Source of the DNA: an uncultured Lentisphaerales bacterium
Lineage (GTDB): Bacteria; Verrucomicrobiota; Kiritimatiellia; RFP12; JAAYLN01
Direction: 5' to 3'
NCBI GenBank assembly: GCA_964592855.1
Contig: CAZQKI010000004.1
Location: forward strand, 1 to 57,934
Length of the DNA stretch: 57,934 bases
Shown here: positions 16,819 to 24,364 of the stretch, piece after piece
Layout: each line of letters starts with the position of its first letter
Numbering within the stretch: the stretch's first letter is position 1
Made by a program: the position numbers and the translations under genes
The notes under the pieces: generated by a model
Databases searched by the model: none
What the model was told of the DNA's origin: nothing
The model's input: the letters and a program-made list of their open reading frames with translations, nothing else

Positions 16819-19608
16819 ATGTCGTCCGCATCTTCACACTCGTCAACCGAGCCTGCCTTGCCGCCCTGGCAGGCGCAGACGGTCTGGGTTTCGTCGGACG
16901 CCTCCGGCGCGCTGCACATGGCGGCCTATCCCAAACTCCGCCCGGCGCAGGCCCGCTTTCTGCTGACCAACGACGCCCTTCAGCTCGCGGATCTGCTCGA
17001 GGCAAGCGCGGAGGCGGCCACGTGGTCGGTCATCGACCTGGCGGAGCTGCATCGTCTGCTGCACCCCGAGTCGGCCTCCGAAAACCTGGCCGACCTGCTT
17101 CCCGACGCCGCAGCCGACGCGCCGCCGGAAACCCGGCTTTGGCAGCTCTGGCTGCAATGCGAGGCCGATCTCGGTGCCCTGCCCCTCTGGACGCTGGAGA
17201 TGGTGGCCGCCGCCTGCCAGGAATTTGACGATCCCGCAACCGGCAAGCTGTTCCGTCTGTTTGCGGATCAGGCCGAGCGTCAGAAGAATGCCGCCCGCAA
17301 CTGGACCGCGACCTTCCTCCCCACCGTCAAACGTGTCGAACGGCCGGAACTTCCCGACCTGACCGACTGCACCGCCGTCGACGCCGGCGCGGCCGTCGCG
17401 CTCCTGGACGAAGGCGGAGCCCTCGCGCGCTGCGTTTCCGGCTATGAACCGCGTCCCGGACAGTTGATGATGGTACGCGCCGTGGTCGAGGCCATCAATG
17501 CCGGCAAGCATCTCGTGGTCGAGGCAGGAACCGGCGTCGGCAAGAGCCTGGGCTACCTCCTCCCCGCCGCGCTCTGGGCGCGCTTGAACGATGTCCCGGT
17601 GGTCATCAGCACCAACACCCGGAACTTGCAGACGCAACTCATCGAGAAGGATCTCCCCGCCGTGCAGCGGATGCTGGCGGACAGCACACCCGCGGCGGCC
17701 GATGGCCAGCCGCCCCGGCCATTGCGCACCGCCCTCATCAAGGGCCGCAGCAACTACCTGTGTCTGCGCCGGCTCGCCAACCAGATGGAGCAGGCCCAGT
17801 TTGACCTGCAACGGCGGGAGCTCCGCCAATTCGCCAGCGTCCTCTGCTGGGCGGCGCGCACCCCCGACGGCGACCTCGACACGCTGGCCAGCGGCGCCGG
17901 AGTCGACCAGGGGATTGCGGCGCAGCTCAATTCGCATGCCGACGACTGTTCCGGTCACGCCTGCAGGCTCTATCGGCGATGCTTCATCCAGAAGGCGCGC
18001 GAGAAGGCCCTGCGCGCCGATCTCATCATCGCGAACCACTCGCTGGTTTTCACCGAGCTCTCCGCAACATCGCCCATCGCCCTGCCGAAGCATGCGCAGA
18101 TCATCTTCGACGAGGCCCACAACCTCGAAGAGGCCGCCACGCGCCACTTCTCGATCGAGTGGTCGCCTTCACGCCTCAACACCTTCACGCGACGGCTGGT
18201 CACGGGACGAGGCAAGCGCCGGCGGGGCATGCTGGAAAATCTCCGCCGCCGCGTCAACAGCGGCGCGCTGCAACAGAACGAGGCGGTCTTCAACCCCCTC
18301 ATGCTGTTGATCGACGAGTCGATGGAAGGCGTCGATGCCCTCCGCAAGACCGGCACCGCGCTCTGCCGCAAGCTCCACGGCCTGCTCGCGACCGACGAGG
18401 AACCCTTGCGCTACCGGTTCGCTGCAGACCCCGCGAATCTCAAGGCGCCGCCCCCCGCGCCCACGGCAGTCTGGCAGGCCATCCGGGCGGCGCAAGCCGA
18501 ATTTCAAACGGTCGTTGAAGCTCAGATTGCGCGCCTCCAGACGATGTCCGACCTGGTTCGGCAGGGAAGCGAAGACGAACTCAACCTCCTGGCCGAGGAG
18601 ACCTCCGACATCGCCGGCGCCATGCAATCGCTGGGCGAACTCCTGCAGGATGTCACCATCGTCCTTTCCGGCCAGGACGAGGAGTCCGTCTTCTGGGTGC
18701 AGCGCGCACGCGGCCCCGAGCCGCTCGCCGAAGCGTGGGCGGCGCCGCTCAAGGTCGGACCCCGTCTGGCGAAGCACTTGTACGAAGCCAGGCGGAGCGT
18801 GATCTTCTGCTCCGCGACGTTGAGTGTCGGTGGACGCTTCACCTACATCGGCGAACGGCTGGGGCTGGACCTGATCGCCGCCGACCGCTTCCTCACCTGC
18901 ATCGCCCCGAGTCCCTTCGACTACGTGCGCCAATGCACCCTGCTGGTGCCCGCCTATCTGCCCGAACCGAATGCCATGGACCGCTCCTACGTTGCGGAAC
19001 TGGCCAATCTCATCCGCCAGGTAGCAACCCGTATGGAGGGGCGCACCCTCTGTCTGTTCACCAGCTACGACATGCTCCGCCAGTGCGCGCATCTGATTGA
19101 ACCTGAACTGCAAGAACACGGCATCCGCCTGCTGGTGCACGGCGAAAGCGGCTCACGCGACCTCATCCTGCGCACGTTCCGCAAGGGCGAGCGCTGCGTG
19201 CTGCTCGGCACACACTCCTTCTGGGAGGGGGTGGACGTCGTGGGCGACGCCCTTTCCTGCGTGATTCTCGCACGCCTCCCCTTCGCTTCGCCCAACGACC
19301 CCGTGGTCAGCGCCCGCTGCGAACAGATCGACAACGAAGGGCAAAGCGCCTTTCGTTCGCTCTCCCTCCCCGCGGCCGTACTGCGCCTGCGCCAGGGCTT
19401 CGGACGCCTGATCCGCCACCGCAGCGATCACGGGTTGGTGATCGTCGCGGACACGCGCATCCTGACGAAGAACTACGGCGGCACCTTCCGCAGGAGCCTC
19501 CCCTGTCCCACGCTCGCCTGCGACGACAGCGACGGCTTCATGGCGCGTGTGGCATCCTGCACCGAAGCCATCAACGCCCTTTCATCGTCAAAGCGCGGCG
19601 ACGTTTAG
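16819..19608 (+). CDS. dinG: DinG/XPD-family Fe-S ATP-dependent DNA helicase with an N-terminal extension of about 200 aa
   Basis: GYEPRPGQLMMVRAV...VVEAGTGVGKSLGYLLPA is the Walker A region. DEAHNLEEA is the DEAH box. Cys pattern LCLRRL...DDCSGHACRLYRRC (C-X4-C-X5-C) matches the DinG Fe-S cluster spacing. C-terminal helicase motifs are LGTHSFWEGVD and RLRQGFGRLIRHRSDHG. Confidence 0.9.
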   Translation: MSSASSHSSTEPALPPWQAQTVWVSSDASGALHMAAYPKLRPAQARFLLTNDALQLADLLEASAEAATWSVIDLAELHRLLHPESASENLADLLPDAAADAPPETRLWQLWLQCEADLGALPLWTLEMVAAACQEFDDPATGKLFRLFADQAERQKNAARNWTATFLPTVKRVERPELPDLTDCTAVDAGAAVALLDEGGALARCVSGYEPRPGQLMMVRAVVEAINAGKHLVVEAGTGVGKSLGYLLPAALWARLNDVPVVISTNTRNLQTQLIEKDLPAVQRMLADSTPAAADGQPPRPLRTALIKGRSNYLCLRRLANQMEQAQFDLQRRELRQFASVLCWAARTPDGDLDTLASGAGVDQGIAAQLNSHADDCSGHACRLYRRCFIQKAREKALRADLIIANHSLVFTELSATSPIALPKHAQIIFDEAHNLEEAATRHFSIEWSPSRLNTFTRRLVTGRGKRRRGMLENLRRRVNSGALQQNEAVFNPLMLLIDESMEGVDALRKTGTALCRKLHGLLATDEEPLRYRFAADPANLKAPPPAPTAVWQAIRAAQAEFQTVVEAQIARLQTMSDLVRQGSEDELNLLAEETSDIAGAMQSLGELLQDVTIVLSGQDEESVFWVQRARGPEPLAEAWAAPLKVGPRLAKHLYEARRSVIFCSATLSVGGRFTYIGERLGLDLIAADRFLTCIAPSPFDYVRQCTLLVPAYLPEPNAMDRSYVAELANLIRQVATRMEGRTLCLFTSYDMLRQCAHLIEPELQEHGIRLLVHGESGSRDLILRTFRKGERCVLLGTHSFWEGVDVVGDALSCVILARLPFASPNDPVVSARCEQIDNEGQSAFRSLSLPAAVLRLRQGFGRLIRHRSDHGLVIVADTRILTKNYGGTFRRSLPCPTLACDDSDGFMARVASCTEAINALSSSKRGDV

Positions 19609-20426
19609 CGGGCCTGGCGCAGGGCATCCAGGTCTGCGGGCATCAGCAGATGGACGCCGGTCCGTACCGCGAGCTCGCGAGCCTGCTCGATTGCACCGAC
19701 GATTTCGCGGGGATGATGGGCGTCGGAATTGATGATGGCGCTGGCCCCGACATCGGCGACGATTTCCCAGAAGGGCTCCCACGGATACATCGGGCGCTCG
19801 CCCTGAGGCGTTTGCATCGGCGGCTTGCGAAAGCCGTAGGCGTTGATTTCCAGCGGCACGTTGGCGGCCCGCGCGGCCTGGGCGATGTCGCGCGCGATTG
19901 CCGCCGTCTCGGCATCCCAAACATCGTAGAAGAAACCGAACACATCGGGATGGGCGACAAAGGCAAACAGCCCCGTGCCGATGCTGGCGACGACATAGTC
20001 CGCATAGGCCCGGAGCAGTTTGGGATCATTCGCCCGCTGGCGTGAGAAGGTGGAACACCACACCCCATCGAGGAGAAACGAGTGGGCGCCGAGCATGAGA
20101 TAGTCCATCTGCTGGCGCCCCAGCAGTTCGTCCGCGAAGTAGTCCTTGAACTCCGGCAGGTACTCGCATTCCAGACCGCAGTAGATCTTCATGGCCGGGT
20201 AGGCCCGGCGGGCCTTCTCGACCGCCTCGCGGTAGGCGGGGAGTTCGTCGGACGCCATGCGGACCGCGATCCAGCGTCCGTCGGGGGTCGGCATGTGGTC
20301 GCTGAAGCCCAGGGTGGTCAGCCCGGCGTCGTCGGCATTGTGCGCATAGTCGAGCGCGTCGCCGGCGGCATGCTTGCAACGGAAGGTGTGAGTGTGCCAG
20401 TTGGCGGTAAATGCGGGTTCGGTCAT
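19605..20426 (-). CDS. PHP-family phosphoesterase (HisJ-type histidinol-phosphatase-like)
   Basis: MTEPAFTANWHTHTFRCKHAAGDALDYAHNADDAGLTTLGFSDHMP, with later AHPD and NSDAHHP metal-ligand motifs. The start was moved to Met22 of the track ORF (ATG at 20426-20424) because the extension reads through the TCGA array. Confidence 0.82.
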   Translation of the reverse strand: MTEPAFTANWHTHTFRCKHAAGDALDYAHNADDAGLTTLGFSDHMPTPDGRWIAVRMASDELPAYREAVEKARRAYPAMKIYCGLECEYLPEFKDYFADELLGRQQMDYLMLGAHSFLLDGVWCSTFSRQRANDPKLLRAYADYVVASIGTGLFAFVAHPDVFGFFYDVWDAETAAIARDIAQAARAANVPLEINAYGFRKPPMQTPQGERPMYPWEPFWEIVADVGASAIINSDAHHPREIVGAIEQARELAVRTGVHLLMPADLDALRQAR

Positions 20427-20446
20427 AGGATGTGTGGTTCCAGATG

Positions 20447-20513
20447 GATTCGACTCGAATCGACGGCAATCGATAGCAGTCGAATGCAATCGAAGGCAAT
20501 CGATCTAGTCGTG
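20447..20513. repeat. Phased TCGA array A (10-bp period)
   Basis: TCGA cores begin at 20450, 20455, 20460, 20470, 20480, 20490 and 20500, with a degenerate TCGT at 20510. The units read TCGACGGCAA / TCGATAGCAG / TCGAATGCAA / TCGAAGGCAA. A 15-bp palindrome, GATTCGACTCGAATC, lies at 20447-20461. The array fills the gap between the SNF2 stop (20505) and the PHP start (20426). Confidence 0.95.
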
Positions 20514-23408
20514 TCTGATCGCCTCCCGCAGGCCGGCCAGCAGCCGCTCGACCGCTGCATCGCACGCCGCGATGGCGTCGTCGGCGCTCGATGGCGCGTC
20601 GGCCCGCAGGCCGAGCAGCACGGGGAGCGCCTCGGCCGGCACGAGGCCGCGCGGCACGAGCGCGGTCTCGACCACGGCGTCGGAGACGGGCTTGTCGGAC
20701 GCGGCTTCGCCCAGCGCCAGGATCGCACCGCCCTTCAGCAGCGCCTCGCAGGCAGCCTTCAGCGGCGCGAGCGATTCGGCTGCAAAACCGTTGGCGCGCA
20801 GCAGGCGCGCCATGCGCAGGCGGCGGTCGGCCTCGTCGACCAGAGGCGCGGCGGCGGCGCGACGCTTCGCCTGCTCGGCGGCCGCGTCGTCGGCCATGCC
20901 GGCCTCGCGGTGCAAGACCTCCGGCGCCGGGCCGGTGAAGCGCAGCACGCCGGCCGCAACCAGCCGCCGGATGGCGGCGTAGGTGGCTTCGTCCAGCACC
21001 TCGACCGCACCCGCGGCATCCGGCGCCACCTGGGCCACAATCCCGGCGCGCGCACCCTCGTCCAGTCCGCGGACGACGGCGACCAGCACGGACGGGTGTC
21101 CGTCCCCGGCACTCGCGTGACGCGCCACCATCCTGACTTGCCCGGCGTGGCGCGCCATCAGATCCTCGCAGAAGGCGCGGGCCGGGTCGGCGGGCCGCCT
21201 GGGCTTCTCGGGCGGCATGGCCATGCCTTTCGGACTCGGCTCGTTGCCGCCCACCATCGACGCAATGCGTTCGAGCATGGCGCGCCGTTCGCCAGCCGTG
21301 TGAATGGCGTCCACACCCGCCGCGCCATCCAGGACGCCGTCCGCCAGCCGCCGCTTGAGCGCCAGCTTGTCGAGCATGGCGTGCTCGATGCAGTTTTCGC
21401 TCACCAGGTTGACCACGCGGACGGCGCGCGTCTGGTGCTTGCGCCAGGCGCGCGCGATGCGCTGTTCGAGGCGTGCCGGGTTCCAAGGCAGGTCGAGGTT
21501 GATGACGACATTGGCGCATTGCAGGTTGAGTCCCGTGGCGCCGGCGTCCGTGGAGATGAAGAGGCGGCAGTCGGGATCGTTCTTGAAGCGGTTGATCTCA
21601 TCGCGCCGCTGCTTCTGCGGCACCGAACCGGTGTGCCAGGCGAAGCCGACGCCCAGAGTCTCCGCTTCGTCGCGCACCAACTGCTGCATCCGCTCCCACT
21701 CGGAGAAGAGGATGATCTTGCTGTCGCCCTCCGCCAGGATCGGCTCGAGCAGGGCGCGCAGTTCCGTCAGCTTGGGACAGATGCGGCAGTCGGGATCGAG
21801 GATGAAGGGGGTGTCGCAGAGCATGCGCATGCAGGCCAGCCACTTCTGCAGCTTGTCCCACTCGTCGCGCGTCAGGGGGCGGCGCTTGGCCATGGCGACC
21901 AGCTTGGCAACGCGCGTCTCGTACTCCTCGTAGCGCAGGCGCTGCTCGGGATCGAGCGGTACGAAGTGGTTGCGCACGGTGCGCTCGGGCAGTTGGTCCT
22001 CAACCTCGGACTTGCGGCGGCGCAGCATCACGGGACGCAGGCGGCGGTGCAGTTCAGCGAGGTTGCACACGCCCACCGGGCGGCCCCTCTCGTCGAGGTC
22101 GTAGAACTCGCGGTTGAAGCGGAAAAGGGGGCCGAACAGGTCGCGATTCAGGAACTCGACGATGGAGTAGACTTCGTCGATGCGGTTCTCCAGCGGCGTG
22201 CCCGTGAGCACGAAGGCGTAGGGCGCAGCAAGGCGTTTGATCTGCCGCGCGGTGCGGGTGGTCCAGTTCTTGATACGCTGGGCCTCGTCCAGGATGACCA
22301 CCTCCGGGGCGAGCAGCGCGTTGATCTCCTCGACATCGTCGCGCACCTGCTCGTAGTTGCAGATATGGAAGAAGGTCTCCGTGCGGTATTGCCGCAGCCG
22401 CGCGGCGCGGGGGCCCCAGACCAGTTCGAGGCCCAGGTCGCAGAAGCGCCGGATCTGCTCCTCCCATTCGCTCTTCAGCGAGGCCGGGGTGACGACCAGC
22501 ACGCGCCGAACGCCGCGCACCTGGCGCAGCAGTTCGCAGGCGGCGATGGCCTGGATGGTCTTGCCGAGTCCCATCTCGTCGGCCAGCAGCACCCGTTCGC
22601 CAAAAGCCAGGTGGAGCATGCCGTCGTGCTGGTAGGGATAGAGCTTCGTCGACAGCACATCGAGCGTGCGCTTGCCGGCCTGCACGTCCTGCAGGAAGTC
22701 GGCCCGCGCCTGCTCGCGGTCGCGCTCGCGGCGGCGGCTGGCGGTCCAGTCCAGCACGTCGCGGGAGATGCGGATCTGGCGGGCGACGGCACCGGCCGCC
22801 GCCGCAGCGCGCTGCAGTGCCGGAATTGCGTCGACCGGGTCGGCCAGCAGCAGGCCGTTGGCGTCGAAGAAGGGCGCCAGCGCCTGACGCACGCGCGTGC
22901 CCGGCCGAGGGCAGGCGGGAATGCCTGCCCCACCTTGCGGCGCCGACGCCTTGCGCGCGTGCGCGCTCGGGCCGTGCGGCCAGGAGACGCGGACGCGCGG
23001 CGCCCCTTGCAGGCGGGAGAGGAAGACCTCGGCGAAGGGCGAGCCCGCCTCCCCGGCGCGCAGGAAAGCGAGTTTCTTCCCGCGGCGCAGGCGCTCCAGC
23101 GTGGCTTCGATGTGCTTGCAGGTGCCGAGGCCGCTGTGACGGAAATCGGTGCAGGTGCAGGAGTTTTCCGGCGCCAGGAGGGCGCGGATCTCGACCTGAT
23201 AGCGTCGGCCGCTGCCGCCGGAGGTCACGTCGAAATCGCCGTGGAAACCGTCAGGGGCGGGCACCGACGGCGCGATGGTCATCTCCTCGGTCTGCGCGCG
23301 GTGGCGGCGCAGGGCGATTTCGTCGGCGTCGGTGGTGTTCCATCCTTGGAGCTTGGGGGGCTTGGGCGGGGTGGCGGATGTGGCGCGCTTATGAGAAGTA
23401 GTGGGCAT
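20505..23408 (-). CDS. SWIM zinc-finger / SNF2-family (Swi2/Snf2) ATPase with an Ala-rich C-terminal extension of about 300 aa
   Basis: SWIM motif: CTCTDFRHSGLGTCKH. SNF2 motifs: LADEMGLGKTIQAIA, VILDEAQRIKN, LTGTPLENR, STDAGATGLNLQ, NPARLEQRIARAWRKHQ. The start was moved to the ATG at 23408-23406 (MPTTSHK) because the track extension reads through array B1. Confidence 0.9.
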   Translation of the reverse strand: MPTTSHKRATSATPPKPPKLQGWNTTDADEIALRRHRAQTEEMTIAPSVPAPDGFHGDFDVTSGGSGRRYQVEIRALLAPENSCTCTDFRHSGLGTCKHIEATLERLRRGKKLAFLRAGEAGSPFAEVFLSRLQGAPRVRVSWPHGPSAHARKASAPQGGAGIPACPRPGTRVRQALAPFFDANGLLLADPVDAIPALQRAAAAAGAVARQIRISRDVLDWTASRRRERDREQARADFLQDVQAGKRTLDVLSTKLYPYQHDGMLHLAFGERVLLADEMGLGKTIQAIAACELLRQVRGVRRVLVVTPASLKSEWEEQIRRFCDLGLELVWGPRAARLRQYRTETFFHICNYEQVRDDVEEINALLAPEVVILDEAQRIKNWTTRTARQIKRLAAPYAFVLTGTPLENRIDEVYSIVEFLNRDLFGPLFRFNREFYDLDERGRPVGVCNLAELHRRLRPVMLRRRKSEVEDQLPERTVRNHFVPLDPEQRLRYEEYETRVAKLVAMAKRRPLTRDEWDKLQKWLACMRMLCDTPFILDPDCRICPKLTELRALLEPILAEGDSKIILFSEWERMQQLVRDEAETLGVGFAWHTGSVPQKQRRDEINRFKNDPDCRLFISTDAGATGLNLQCANVVINLDLPWNPARLEQRIARAWRKHQTRAVRVVNLVSENCIEHAMLDKLALKRRLADGVLDGAAGVDAIHTAGERRAMLERIASMVGGNEPSPKGMAMPPEKPRRPADPARAFCEDLMARHAGQVRMVARHASAGDGHPSVLVAVVRGLDEGARAGIVAQVAPDAAGAVEVLDEATYAAIRRLVAAGVLRFTGPAPEVLHREAGMADDAAAEQAKRRAAAAPLVDEADRRLRMARLLRANGFAAESLAPLKAACEALLKGGAILALGEAASDKPVSDAVVETALVPRGLVPAEALPVLLGLRADAPSSADDAIAACDAAVERLLAGLREAIRHD

Positions 23409-23420
23409 GGGTTCTACCTT

Positions 23421-23484
23421 TCGATGGGATTGGCGGAGATCGACCCCAGTCGACCCCTGTCGACACCAGTCGACTACAGTCAAT
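23421..23484. repeat. Phased TCGA array B1 (10-bp period)
   Basis: TCGA cores begin at 23421, 23440, 23450, 23460 and 23470, with a degenerate TCAA at 23480. The units read TCGACCCCAG / TCGACCCCTG / TCGACACCAG / TCGACTACAG. The array starts 13 nt upstream of the SNF2 ATG. Confidence 0.93.
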
Positions 23485-23547
23485 GGGTGGATCGGCTACC
23501 AGGAGGAGCGGCAGGAGGAGGTGGCGGAGGGTGGGCACGGGTGGATT

Positions 23548-23601
23548 TCGACTAGACTCGACTTGAATCGACTGGAGTCGACTCGAGTCGATTGGTGTCG
23601 A
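23548..23601. repeat. Phased TCGA array B2 (10-bp period)
   Basis: TCGA cores begin at 23548, 23558, 23568, 23578, 23583, 23588 and 23598. The units read TCGACTAGAC / TCGACTTGAA / TCGACTGGAG / TCGACTCGAG / TCGATTGGTG / TCGACATCGC. The array overlaps the last ~17 codons and the stop of the 23552-24328 gene. Confidence 0.93.
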
Positions 23602-24328
23602 CATCGCGCAGGCCGTCGCATTCGGGGTAGTTGGTGCAGCCCCAGAACTGGCTCCCGGCGCGGGGGCCTTTGCGGGCGTGGCGCAGGCGCATGGGGGCGT
23701 GGCACTTGGGGCAGGCGGGGACGTCTTTGGCGGCAGGTTCGGCACGGGCTTCGGCACGCTGGCGGGTCATCCGCTCCTTGAAGCCACCATCGGCCAGGAA
23801 GCGGTCGCCCTGGGCGTCGAGTTGCTTGCGGATCAGGAAGTCGGCGCGGTCGCAGAGGCGCACGAGTGCGTTGGCAAGGACGGTGGGGTCGTCGGACTTG
23901 AGCCACTTATCGAACAGTGCCCGGTTGGCAGCAACGGTGCGGGAGAAGTTGTGGATGATGTCCGCGCCGGGAGGCGTGCGTTCGAGGCGGATGGTCTTGA
24001 TGGCGAGGCTGTCGGGGTCTTCGTCGCGCCAGGGAAACTGGCCGGAGAGGTTGATGAAGTCCTCGTAGTCGAGCTGGAGTTCGACCAGGCTGGCATGGGC
24101 GACGTCAGTGAGCTGGATCTCGGTCTGCGTGGAGGTGGCGGCGCGCTCGGAGCCCTCGGCCAGATTCTGGCGGCCGGAGCGCGCGGCCTGCGTCATTTGT
24201 TCGGTCTGGCGGGTGCTGGCGATGTACTTCCGGCAGAACTCGACCGTGGCGTAGTAGATGATCGTGGCCAGCATGAAGGTGTCGAGCCGACGATAGCCAC
24301 CACGCTTGGCGAAGAGAGGGGACGACAT
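23552..24328 (-). CDS. Four-helix-bundle protein (TIGR02436-like, with suffix domain) fused to a topoisomerase-type C4 zinc ribbon
   Basis: The N-terminus (YRRLDTFMLATIIYYATVEFCRKY...SGRQNLAEGSER) resembles the family known as the four helix bundle / 23S rRNA intervening-sequence protein. The C-terminus (CPKCHAPMRLRHARKGPRAGSQFWGCTNYPECDG) is a zf-C4_Topoisom-type ribbon. A strong AAGGAG Shine-Dalgarno lies 9 nt before the ATG at 24328. Confidence 0.75.
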   Translation of the reverse strand: MSSPLFAKRGGYRRLDTFMLATIIYYATVEFCRKYIASTRQTEQMTQAARSGRQNLAEGSERAATSTQTEIQLTDVAHASLVELQLDYEDFINLSGQFPWRDEDPDSLAIKTIRLERTPPGADIIHNFSRTVAANRALFDKWLKSDDPTVLANALVRLCDRADFLIRKQLDAQGDRFLADGGFKERMTRQRAEARAEPAAKDVPACPKCHAPMRLRHARKGPRAGSQFWGCTNYPECDGLRDVDTNRLESTPVDSSRV

Positions 24329-24364
24329 TATAGGACTCCTTGAGTTGTCTACTTTCCCGACGAG

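Noticed and set aside
20082-23555. 1157-aa plus-strand ORF spanning the SNF2 locus, together with 20026-21519 (-) in another frame.
   Set aside because: There are no recognisable motifs and the composition is extreme in Arg/Gly/Ala. The minus-strand frame 20505-23408 carries the full ordered set of SWIM and SNF2 motifs.
23401-23781. Short ORFs translating the arrays into STRVDS/NRLES-type peptides (23401-23781 +, 24306-24539 +, 20423-20728 -, 24105-24413 -).
   Set aside because: They are read-throughs of the repeat DNA in several frames and on both strands. They overlap better-supported genes and have no start context.
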